The notes beneath the pieces were generated by a model, which did not search any database, was not told the DNA's origin, and saw nothing but the letters and a program-made list of their open reading frames with translations. The position numbers were made by a program, and so were the translations under genes. A DNA stretch of 61,692 bases, counting the filler, from Basidioascus undulatus (lineage: Eukaryota): assembly GCA_000826855.1 (NCBI GenBank). It is 8 parts of 8 records of this genome, joined end to end, with 100 filler letters (N's around TTAATTAATTAA, not from the genome) between each part and the next. Parts side by side here need not be neighbours in the genome. Positions count along the whole stretch, not along the records: positions 46,383 to 53,988 come from JTLS01001519.1; positions 54,089 to 61,692 come from JTLS01001520.1; 6 more parts are not named here. The stretch is one strand, 5' to 3'. How positions within the stretch are numbered: position 1 is the first letter of the stretch; every line of letters begins with the position of its first letter. Of this stretch, positions 51,322-61,692 are shown piece by piece.

Positions 51322-52873
51322 ATGCTCTCCTTCAAGTCTACCTTGTCGAATCCTCGCCATTTCGTGCCTCTCACCCTCGTCGCTTTCCTCTTCTTTATTT
51401 CCTACATTCTCGTATCCCCCACCGAACCCAGCATCCCGTCACTTCGCTCCCCTTCGCTCAAACCGGCCATCGAGCTCGAGTCCCAGGCGTCCTTCCGCGA
51501 CAAATTGACGCATGTCCGGCCGTCTGATGCGGCGCCGCACTCGCGGACGCTGGGGCTGAACAAGATCTTCGTTGTGCGTTGCACCTTGAATCGAGGCGGT
51601 CTTCACCGAAAGGGACGAGACACTGAACGAAGCTCATCCTGCGCTCTGGACGCAGATCAACCTCCCTTCCCGCCGCGATCGGCGAGAGCGCATGGAACTC
51701 CTTGCCTCCGCCCTGGGCGCCGACTTCACCTACCGAAACGGGACGCTCTCCGCCGCTCCTGACGTGCTCGCCGTCATCGAGCGCGTCCGGCTGCAGCGTG
51801 AGAAGGACGGCATCGTGGCCGTTACCACTCCCGGTGGGGGCCTCGCGCCAGGCGAGAAGCCCCCGCAGGACGAAGAGTCATACCCTTTCACGCCCGAGGC
51901 CCTCGCGCTCTTGGGCCCTCCGTTCTCGAAGCCCCTTGGGCTCGAAGGGTCGGACCTCTGGACTCTACCCGTTTCGCACCCTCTCGCGCTGGACGCGCTC
52001 CCGCCAGCGCCGATCCCCGATACTCGCCCGCCGATCCATCTCATCATGACGGACCTGAAGGAGACTCATCGATGGCTAGATGACGATGCTCTTGGGTTCG
52101 AGGCCGTCTCGGGAGCGATTGTCGCGTGCTGGATGGCGCATTATAACGTGCTTAGGGAGATCGCGGAGGACGAGAGCTTGGGGGAGGATGGGATGGCGTT
52201 GATCTTGGAGGACGATGTCGACATTGAGTTTGATTTCGAGCAGACGCTGCGGAGGGTCTTGCCGGGCCTGCCAAAGGGGTGGGACGTTTTGCTTCCTGGT
52301 GAGTTACTCCTTGTTCTCTCGGCATGCTCAGGGCGAGAGGCAAAACTAAGTCGGACGTTTGGTCGCGCAGGGTACTGCGACTCTACCGAAACCACCCACC
52401 GCCCGGTCCCGGGCTACCCGCGCTTGCGCCCGTCCGACCACCCGCTGTGCAACCACGGGTATATCATCAATCGGCGGGGCGCGCTCCGCCTCTCGCGGCT
52501 CCTCCGCTCCCCTTACTTTGCCTACGGCCGCCCGCTGGACCAGGCGTACAAGTTCCTTCTGCAGACGAAGAAGCGTAAGTCGGGCAGCGGGCCAACTTTG
52601 CCTAACGTAACCAAGCGCAACAGTAGCTCATGCCGCCTGATCCTTATTAGTGAGCTTCTACTCCATCGCACCCGTCGTCGTCGTGCAGGAGCACAAGACA
52701 GTGTCGGATTTGCGGGTCGGGAAGGGCGATGGCTGGTGGGACGACTTCCTGACGGACCCCACTCTGGAACGTGTTCAGTACGTAAATGAGTGGCCAACCT
52801 GAGATGACTGAGGGCTAACTTTGCTCGATGATGCAGGTTATTGCTTGAGCAGGAGGACAAGGATATTCCATAG
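51322..52873 (+). CDS. Glycosyltransferase family 25 protein (type II membrane)
   Basis: N-terminal TM anchor; KIFV/INLPSRRDRRERM; IVACWMAHYNVLREI; ALILEDDVD; WDVLLPG/YC; PLCNHGYII; PVVVVQ. Confidence 0.88.
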
Positions 52874-53142
52874 ATCAGCAATATTTCACAATGCACCGTG
52901 CCAGCGGACTGCGCCCCTTGCCAAACACGCTGTCGAAGCCATACGCTATGCGTCCTGCTTAATTGCTGCTGTGTGCACATGACTCCGCCGAGTACATGGA
53001 CAAGTGGTCAAGCGGGCCCTTCCCACGTAAGTCGGGGATCATCACATTCAGGGGTCGTCTCACTTTTCTCTCCCTTTCCATCATTCCCTGCTCCACTTCG
53101 TCTACTGAAGTCCTCCCTCCACGTCCTCCCTCCACGGCAAAC

Positions 53143-53988
53143 ATGCCTCTCCCGCAGCAACAACTCGTTCCCCCGCGCCCAAAGCAGAAAGTCATCTTCT
53201 ACGACCTTGAAGCGCGGGGCGACACGAAGACGGGGCGGAAGGTGAGTTTTTCGCTGCTTGCATTATATGAACACGCTTGAAACTGATGGATTACCATAAC
53301 TTTTGCCATGTATAGGACGTGACTGTTCCGACGCTTGAAGTGTCTGCCGCGGGCAGTCTCGAGTCATGGTACATCGTTGGGTCGGCAAACATGTGAGTCT
53401 GCCCAGAATTCGCGATGCTGAAGTGGAATTTTTGATGAAGAAGCTGACAACACCCTAGCTAATTCCTCATGCAATGCCGACTGGCTCGAGAAGGTTTACC
53501 CAGACACTCCGAACCTGTATGGCGGTGCGGAAGGACGGGCGTTCGCACAGTTTGTGGAGAGCGTGCTGGATGTACTCATGGGGTTGGATGGGGCCTTTGG
53601 TGCGTAGATCCTCAATTACTTGCTATCACTCTAAATGCGTGCTGATGTTGGTGGTATGCAGAAAGACCCGCTGCGGATTCCTTGATATCTACAAGGCGTA
53701 AGATGACGAGAACAAAGTCGTACGTTGCCGCTTCGGTCGACCGAATGCCGATCCGACCACAGCTGATGTACTCTAATACTATAATAGTATTTTCGAGAAA
53801 AAAGCTTGGCGCGGACAAGTTCGATGAGGTCGCTTCGCGGGACGTCGACGCCCTGAACGCGCGGGCGATCGAGGGCCTCAAGCCGTTCGAAGACGCACTG
53901 GCAAAGCGGCCTGGCGAATTTTTGCAGGGTCCGAATATCGGCTACTCGGACTGTCTACTGTTCGCGTGCGTCACAATTCCTTCTATGC
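53143..53988 (+). pseudogene. Glutathione S-transferase-like gene (fungal GST_N_3/etherase-like), internally deleted with a premature stop; 3' end cut by contig end
   Basis: VIFYDL, TVPTL, ADWLEKVYPD and FLQGPNIGYSDCLLF. The expected SP..W..R..LNYKG..Y segment is absent, and there is a TAA at 53699-53701 within LDIYKA*DDENK. Confidence 0.65.
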
Positions 53989-54088
53989 NNNNNNNNNNNN
54001 NNNNNNNNNNNNNNNNNNNNNNNNNNNNNNNNTTAATTAATTAANNNNNNNNNNNNNNNNNNNNNNNNNNNNNNNNNNNNNNNNNNNN

Positions 54089-54683
54089 TACACCCAGCCA
54101 TCTACACGACCTCACGATGCTCGCCCGTCTTGCCGCCTTCATCGCCTCCTCCCTCACCGCCACCGCCGACGCGAAGAACTACCACACGTGGGCGTACCGC
54201 CAGTGGGCGCTCGCGTTCTTCTCTCCCTTGTTCACGCCCCAGGGCCGCGAGTGGGAGAGGGAGCTCGAGTTCGTGGATAAGCTCTTGGACGAGGATGTGA
54301 GGAACAACTCGGCGTGGACCCACAGGTTCTTCGTCGTCTTCGAGAGCGGATGGGAAGGCGCGGACCGGGCCGCGGAAGTCGAGTACGCGAAAACCCGCAT
54401 TCTCCTCGCACCCTCCTCCCCCTCCGCATGGAACTACCTGCGCGGGCTCCTCCCTCGGCTCCCCACGCCCCTCCCGCTCTCCTCCCAAAACCCGTTCGCC
54501 GCCCCGCTCGCAGCACGCGACCCGCCCGTCCTCCCCGCGCTTGAGTGGCTCGCCGACGCAGGCGCGGACGGCGCGGAGGAGGCATATGGGAAGCTCGCGG
54601 GTCTCGATCCGGTCCGGAGGAGGTACTGGGACTTTAGGCGCGCGGAGCTCAGCAGGGGGAGGGCGGTGGAGAGCGCTGCTTGA
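54089..54683 (+). CDS. RAM2: Protein farnesyltransferase/geranylgeranyltransferase-I alpha subunit, 3' part
   Basis: PFTA repeats DAKNYHTWAYRQW, DVRNNSAWTHRFF and APSSPSAWNYLRG; C-terminal DPVRRRYW. Confidence 0.92.
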
Positions 54684-55885
54684 GGGACTGCGGGAGGGAG
54701 GATTGTTCCCTGCTTGTTTATCTGCTTCCTTGTCGTGGCGCCTTCTGGAAAGCTTGCCTGATTGACTTGACTGGTTACCCGCATGTTCAACCATTGCGGG
54801 CGATGGGCGGCGCATGCAAGGCAGAGTCTGCCTGCAAGCTTCCCCTTACGCTGAAAAACTTGTCCTGGTTGCGGCTTGTAGCGAATGCAGACAGGCGTGC
54901 TGCTGTGCTGCGGTTGGGAGGGCGTCTCAGGGCGCAAGGGAGTGCAGCGGTACATGCACAAGGTTGCAAGCTGTCGATCATGGTGAGGTTGACAACCGCG
55001 ATGGCAAGAGGCACCATCGTAGTCCGATCGACTCGGTACGTGCTGCAGTGGGCAGGCTTGAGCCTAGTGCGGCTTCCCCTTCTGCGATATCATGGTCCTC
55101 TTCTGTTCTAGACTTTAATCTTTGCGACGTATTCGTAAGTGGATAGCGCTGCGACTGTAGCAGCAGGTAGTCTAGGCTTGGTGGTGCCCTTGCACTGAAA
55201 GCGACAGAAGGTGGCCGCTATGGGGTCATTTCGAATAACAGTTGTGCTGGTGGTACTTCTAAAAAGAGTCGTATTTATTTCTGATTACACTGTATATCCA
55301 CGCCAGTGGGTTTGGCGTTGTTGACCTGGGCCGGGCCTCCAGTTCTTCCAACGACCTCTGGGTGCAGGGCACTTACGGACCGCCAGTCCCGGGTCTAGCT
55401 TATGCGTATACCCAGTCTAGAGTCCGGCAAAATCTACCGTAGGATGTCCGTTTACTACTGGACTTAAGGAGCGTCGCCGAAGTCGAGAAGGTCGGACGCG
55501 AGCGCACCCGGAACAATACAGGTCGGGTTCCAGCTGTCGCTCAGGCAGGGCGGATCGGCAGAGCTCCATAAGCATGCAGCGCAGCGCTCTCTCCAGCTGT
55601 CAGTGGTCCAGAACCGACCACGGCGGTTGTGTAGGGGAGCGGGCGCCTACCCATGATCCCCCTGCCTTGCCATGCGCGGAGGCAGGGAGGCAGAGGGGAT
55701 TGCTGTCCTGAGGTCCACGCCATTTAGTGGTGTACCAGCACAAGAAATCAGGAGGACGAGTCATTTGTCGACGTTCCGGGCGACCATGGCGAGTTCGCGC
55801 AGACTATCCGCCGCTTAGTATCTGGCCCTGCAGACAGACCGCCAAGCTCTGAAGCAAATTAGTGCACAATGCGACGGGAACTCTA

Positions 55886-57158
55886 TCAAGCATTCCCGCC
55901 CTCCACCTTCTTGTTGTCCTCGAGCGGCTCCAGCCCCGGATCCTCGTACAGCCGGTCCCGCATCTTCCAGCCCTTGTCGTTCCACAGCCTCCGCTCGAAC
56001 ATGATGTAGTCCTTGACCAGCCGGGGCTTCGGCTCCTTCCCAACCTCCGTCAAGCTCTGCCACACGTGTCCAACCAAGTCAACCACACTGTGCCTCGCTG
56101 CTTCCCGCGGAAACCCCACGCACCTGCTCCGATTGGAACCGTACGACGACCTGCGCGAGTCGCTTCTTCGGGTCCGGGTTGGCGGTATTCCTGTCCGCAG
56201 AAAGGGACCGCGTGGAGACTACGCGGGGCGGAGCGACGTAGCGGTGCAGCCTCCACTCGTACTGCTTCTTGGACAGGGCGGTCGGCTGGAACGACTTCGA
56301 GTAACGGCTGGCGACCGGTGGGGGAGGGTGCAGCGCACGAAGCTGAGCTTCGGTCGACGATTGCAGCGTGAATTGGGTGAGCGACTTGATTTTGTTGAGG
56401 TCGCCGCTGTCAGTGCATGGTGCGGTCAGCGGGGTGGAAAACGAGCGGACATTAGCGCGAAGCAGAGGACGAACGCCGCAATCGCGCGGTTCAAATCCTC
56501 ATACATCTCCTTCGCGGTCGTTCCCCCCCATGCGTGCGCTGCTCCGGCACGTCCAAACAGAAGAAATCTCCGCGACAAAGGGAACTCTTTCCACTGGCAG
56601 AGCAGATCGCGACTGCCCAACCCAAGGGTAAGCCAAAGGACGAGCAAAGCAACCTCATACATGAACGTACTGGTACCATTCCAGACCCCATGTCACGACT
56701 GTCGCGGAGACGAAGTCCCAGATCGAACGGAAGCTAAACGGACGCTGGAACGTCACCACCTGACCCCACTCCGCTGAGGACAGCCCCAAGAAGGAGTTGG
56801 CGGGGCGGACGTAGGGTTCTGCGGTACGCATCAACAGAGTATGAGGATCAGCAGCTACCTCGCCCCGGACGTGCCCTCTCAGCAGAGCCGGCGGCGCATC
56901 TCTGCCCGCTCAACACCAGCGCAGACGTGAGGGCTTACCGAGTTTCCCAAAGTCCTGACGCTCATAATCAATCCCTAACTGCTGCTGGGCCTGGGCCCCG
57001 CGTTTGCTCTGTGCCGCCCGCTGCTGAGCATCCTGCAGCCGGCGGAGCGCTTCGACGTCAACCTGGCGCTTCGGCGGCAGACGCGCTGGCGTCGAAGTCG
57101 AAAACGCCGCGCGAGCGAGAGGCGCCACCGCAGTCGTTGGGCGTGGACGCAAAAGCAT
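55886..57158 (-). CDS. Mitochondrial Tim44-like domain protein (Mba1/mL45-like)
   Basis: Presequence MLLRPRPTT..RAAFSTSTPAR; AKEMYEDLNRAIA; YEWRLHRYVAPPRVVS; QVVVRFQSEQ/SL..VKDYIMFERR..WKM. Confidence 0.7.
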
Positions 57159-57839
57159 TGTGAAGGGCGGCCCGCTGCAGCAGAGAGGAGAGCGGAGTGA
57201 AGAGGGAAGGCGAAGGGGTGGGCGTCTTCCCGACTTCTCCCTTCATACTAGCGCCTTTCGGCCCGGTTCAGATTTCTTTGTGCCACGCAGTCCGCACTTT
57301 CACGCCCTGCCTGAACCACGTATTGAAAATCCAGGAAGACGGCTTCATTCATGTCAAAATAAAAAATATATTGCTTACTTGAGCATAGGCTAGGACCCTG
57401 GACAGACTCCGAGAGGAATCCGGGCAGAGGCGGTACCTGCATCAAGCTGCTCGAGTTGTAGCCTAACATTCCCTTCCTCAACGAAAGTATTACCACATCT
57501 AAAAGTCTGTGTTGAGGAAAGTTGAAAGGACTTCCCGGGCGGTCTTGAAGGATCGACTAAGGGGATGCGGCTTGACACTGTGTTGCTTGCAGCGCCGACA
57601 GGCTCCCTCGTCTCCCGTCGACAGACTTTCTTGACCTCTGGGAAGACTGAAGAGCATACAGAAGTGCGCAAGGTTACAAGAATAACAGTGTGATGACATA
57701 ATGCGCAACGGCCCAGGTATTCGCGCTAGTGAACAAAGACACAAAACATGCAGGCCCAAGTCACGTACAATCCCAAACAAACAACATCACCTTGTGTGTC
57801 TCTGTGCTGCGTTGAATAACGTTGTAAAGTCCAATTCAC

Positions 57840-59882
57840 TTAAGCAAGAATTGCGATGGCAGAGATGATCGCGACAAAGCCGGTGGCACAGAGCGCCGCG
57901 ACCGGCGTGGTCGCAACGACGGAACGAGCACCATTGTCGGTGTTGTCATTGTTGTCATTGTTGTTGCTGGAATCGCCCTCGGCATCGTTTGAGCCAGTGG
58001 GGGAAGAGCCAGAGTTCGTCTGTACAAATGCTCCAGAGGTGATTTCAGAGAGCAGTGGAATGTCGACCAGGAAAGGAAGACGCACGTTGCTGCCCGTGAC
58101 GCTGCCCTCAGCGTTCAGCTGCAGACCGTTGGCGATGCTGGAGGTCGTCGTGCACTGCGACGTCGCGGGAGTGGAATATACGCTCGAGGGGGTGACCGTG
58201 GTGCCGACGGTGCTGCAAGTCGAAAGCGAGGCCATCAGCACGAGGACACGGCAGGGCACGACCGTGTGAAGCTTACTAGCCCACAAGCGAGCCGTCCTCT
58301 GCAAAAACAGCCATCACATAGGGATGTAAGTAAGTGTATCGACCTGGGCTTCGGGAAATTTAGCTTACGAGTGTACTGGCCTGCCAACATTGGTACTCTG
58401 GTAAGGGTCGTGTGTCTCGGATGCGGAACAGATACGTACCAGTGTAGTACTGCTCGAAGACGGAGTACGAAGTCGAACCGCCAGCCTCGACCGGGTACCA
58501 GCCTGAGCAGAGAAGCAAAGTCAGGTTAGCACATCTCCTCCTGTTCGAGCGTCCATTTGAGATATACCAGGAGGGTACGCCACGTCGCCATCGCACGAGT
58601 CGAAGACGCCGTCGGTGTAGTCACCAGGCATGACGAAGCGGCAGCCCATAACGTCGAGCTATTGGATGGTTTGTAAGCGTACTCATTGTGTGAATGCTTC
58701 AGTACGCAGTGCTCACCTTGTGCTCGCACATCTCCGCGGCAGGGTCTGTAATGGGAAACAACGTGTGAATGAAGGGGTTGCCCAGGAGACGAGATCACAA
58801 CGTGCAAGTGCTGTTCTCGCTCGTGCAGACTTTCCACAACCGTTAGGAAGTCAGTAGAAGCACATAGGACGGAACCGTGAGTCTACCGACTCACCGCGAA
58901 TGCAGACTGTGAAGACAGTCGGTCCGATTAGATTTCCCTGCTTAACGCTTCGGAAGGCTTATCAGGAAAGATGACACCCACACATCTCGTAAGAAATGAA
59001 GCTCTATAGGTCGAGAAAAAGTTCACATCAGGCTCTTGAGAACGAGAAGGATGGAGCCATACTGACCATCCATTCTTGGTAGGCAACGTCGGAACCGGAA
59101 ACGTCGGTGGTAACGTTACCACCGACCTGCATAACGGAAGCAGGTTCACTTTGGGACTGCAGGCATCGAAAATTGACATGAACACGCACAGGGTTGCCCT
59201 CGCCAGTAGGTCCATGGGGGTCAAGCTCTCCTCCAAAGTCTCCGTCCATGACGTTGACCTTGGTGAAGTCGCCGAGTGCCATAACCTGGACGTAGGCGTC
59301 GGTCTTGACCTGTATCACAAAGGCATTCAGCAGGCGTCATCATGTTCTTCAAGCATTTGAATACATACAAAGTGAACTCCCGTCAAGGTGCCATCCGGGA
59401 TGACACGAGCGTTATTGCGCGGCTGCGTGCACCACGCGACGACGAAAGCCTCCGCGCTGCCAATATCGACGCCGGGCTCGGGCGGCGCGAACAGGCACCA
59501 GTCCTACGCATTCCCAGGAGCTTTTCAATATCCTGTGCGGGTTAAAATATCTGGTATGGCTCACGTCCACACTGTTAACCGAGGCAAGACGGGACATGGA
59601 AGTCTGGTTGACTGGCGTCCCCATCGTAGCTGGGAAGCATGACAGAGTGAGTCTCCTGGGATCACAGTGGCACCATACATCACAGCAGAGAAAGCATATA
59701 CCTTGAGGAGGGTTCGTGGGGCCTTGAGTTCCTCTTTGTTTTGTAGAAAAGAGCCAGTGGTGGCAGTGGCAGTCAGCGCAAGCATCTCAGCATCATCATG
59801 AACTGGACATCACTCACGTTGCGGTGACCTGCGCCCGCACCGAGGCGGCAAGGAGGGGTACGAGCCCAATAAGGGGCAACAT
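57840..59882 (-). CDS. MP88-like (macrophage-activating glycoprotein family) secreted mannoprotein, probably GPI-anchored
   Basis: Signal peptide; DWCLFAPPEPG..VAWCTQPRNNARVIPDGT; GGELDPHG..GNP/VGGNVT; YQEWM; LDVMGCRFVMPGDY; S/T/N-rich stalk; hydrophobic C-terminus. Confidence 0.88.
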
Positions 59883-61692
59883 AGGGGCGTTAGGACCGTA
59901 TAGGCGGTTGATGGAAGAGAGGAAGAGAGTTGAAAGAGAGGCGCGTTGATCGACATCGTGGAAAGACGCATGGAGTTGCATGAAGCTTGGCGCGCCATTC
60001 GGGCGTCCGCCGAAAGCTTGGCCAGCGTGACCTCGACTCAGATTCCATATCATGAGAAGTAAGCGAACTTGTCAAACAAAGGACATAAAAGTCTTCAAAA
60101 AGCCGACATTCCAAAGTCTTCGGAGCGATTAAGCGGTCCGAAGTCGCTGGAGGGTGACGATCATGATGAAGGTGCCGCTCCTGCCGCTTCACTGACACGC
60201 GTGCGCCCAGGGATTCATCCATCATGGTCAGCGCAAGCCCAGAAGTCCTTATGCCAGACGAACTACTTTTCCAGGGATATGTGGTGTCTGGGACATTCCG
60301 TATGTTTAGGTGGTCTATATACGGTTTCTCGCCCTGCGAGTTCGCCTTTCATATTCAAACATCCAAAGTAACCTAGACCTTGGTCGCTCATGCGCCTTCT
60401 TATATGATCGTTTTAAGGGCCAGCAGCGATATGCTGCTTCCACGGCAGCTTCCGCAACATCCTTGCTCGGTCAAGTCAGCCGGGCAATCGGCTTCCCAGG
60501 ACGTTCCGTTTGCACAAAGCTGATTGATATGCCTCTGTGATTCCTATAGGCAATTATATCAAGAGATTGCAAAGATAACTACTCTTGATAGGAGAAGTGA
60601 GCCAGGTAGGCAAGCAAGCACGTGCGCCCAGACACTGAGACCGATCAGGCACCTGAGCACCACCTGAACACAGTTGCACGAAGGACACGAATGTTCCTTA
60701 AATTCTAGAAGGCTCAAAACTCCTTCATCCTTGCCTATCAAAGGTTGACTTTTGTTGGAAGACACGCGGCAACGTACCAGTCGCCGTCCTCTTCAGCTGG
60801 GCGGCCCGTCCACGCCCCAGTTGGGGAGTGTAACGGCTTGAAATGGGACTGAATACAGAGAGAATATAGATTTTACACACCTTCTACCTAGAATCGAATT
60901 TAAGATTGCCAGAAGCCCCGGTTTCGTGAGGCCGCGGACTTGAAGAAAGTACTTCGTGAACCCCCGTGCACTCCGGTGCCTACGGAAACAGTATAATGCG
61001 CTCCTGCCACCGATTGTCGACGAATAAAAATAAGTCTCGACATCTGCGCTTCCGTCCGCTTTGCATCACCACGGGAGTGCTCGGCAGCTGGACGAGGTTT
61101 ACAAGTTGCCTCACACCCGCCATCTGTTGCTCACGTCGAATCGTCCCGTGCCACTCGAATGCACAGTTTTCGACTGCTCAAAATCCCGTTTCATGCTGGC
61201 TAAGGGCACCTATGGAGGGCTAGCAGAAGCATTTGGGGACGCTGAAACGCGGTACTTTGCTCCTGCGCTCCCTACCCTCATTATCCTAGTCCTCTCCCTG
61301 CAAGTGAAAGCCCTACACCATATCCCCCACCCTAAAAGCGCCCCCCGGAAAAGGGGCGATCAGAGATTGCTCTGGCTGAAGGCAACTGACGATCCCTCAC
61401 CAATGATCACATAATTCCTGCGTTAGAGGCGCAACCTCACGTTGTGGCTGTCGACCACACTGTCCGCCTGCCTCCAGTACTGCCAGGTCCTAAACATCTA
61501 CTTCACATCGTACGACTACCGTATCTGAAGAAGATTTGCAGTCGATCTGACCTGTCCAGACTTTTGCTCGGATGTGAGTTTCGGAACGGAGTGAAGGCGG
61601 GCAGTGACCTGGAATGCAATGTCGGAAACGGGCAAGAGCGTGGGTGAGCGGGGCGGAGAAGGAGGACCCGCCTGGGGTGGGCGGGGAGGCGG

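Noticed and set aside
54700..55800. Long interval between convergent genes with small hairpins and a repeated TCCACGCCA, considered as a structural ncRNA
   Set aside because: No snRNA, SRP, RNase P or MRP consensus was recognised; an Rfam scan would be needed.

Overview
Intron-rich, GC-rich fungal DNA. The GTGCGT/GTGAGT/GTACGT donors, CTGAC/CTAAC branch sites and gene content suggest a basidiomycete, possibly a Pucciniomycotina-like yeast (inference). The window is not one locus: it is eight size-sorted ~7.6 kb contigs joined by artificial 100-bp N44-TTAATTAATTAA-N44 linkers, so adjacency only counts within a contig. Apparently intact genes, spliced by hand: an SDR, adenosylhomocysteinase, initiator tRNA-Met, a JTB-like membrane protein (partial), DGAT2 (partial), a rhodanese/Cdc25-like protein with a lengthened active-site loop, SmD2, a ~22-exon GaaA-type D-galacturonate reductase, a divergent DEAD-box protein (partial), ITFG1/LINKIN, a WW-MyTH4-RhoGAP, Rgp1 (partial), a GT25 glycosyltransferase, Ram2 (partial), a Tim44-like/Mba1 protein and an MP88-like mannoprotein. 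The most unusual signal is a high density of intron-retaining decayed genes between the intact ones: an in-frame SnoaL-like/sugar-porter chimera, a frameshifted POL12 fragment, ZIP zinc transporter, BTB and GST relics, and probably MYND and secreted-protein relics. There is also a candidate non-autonomous TIR element with subterminal repeats. All family assignments come from recalled motifs; no database search was run.
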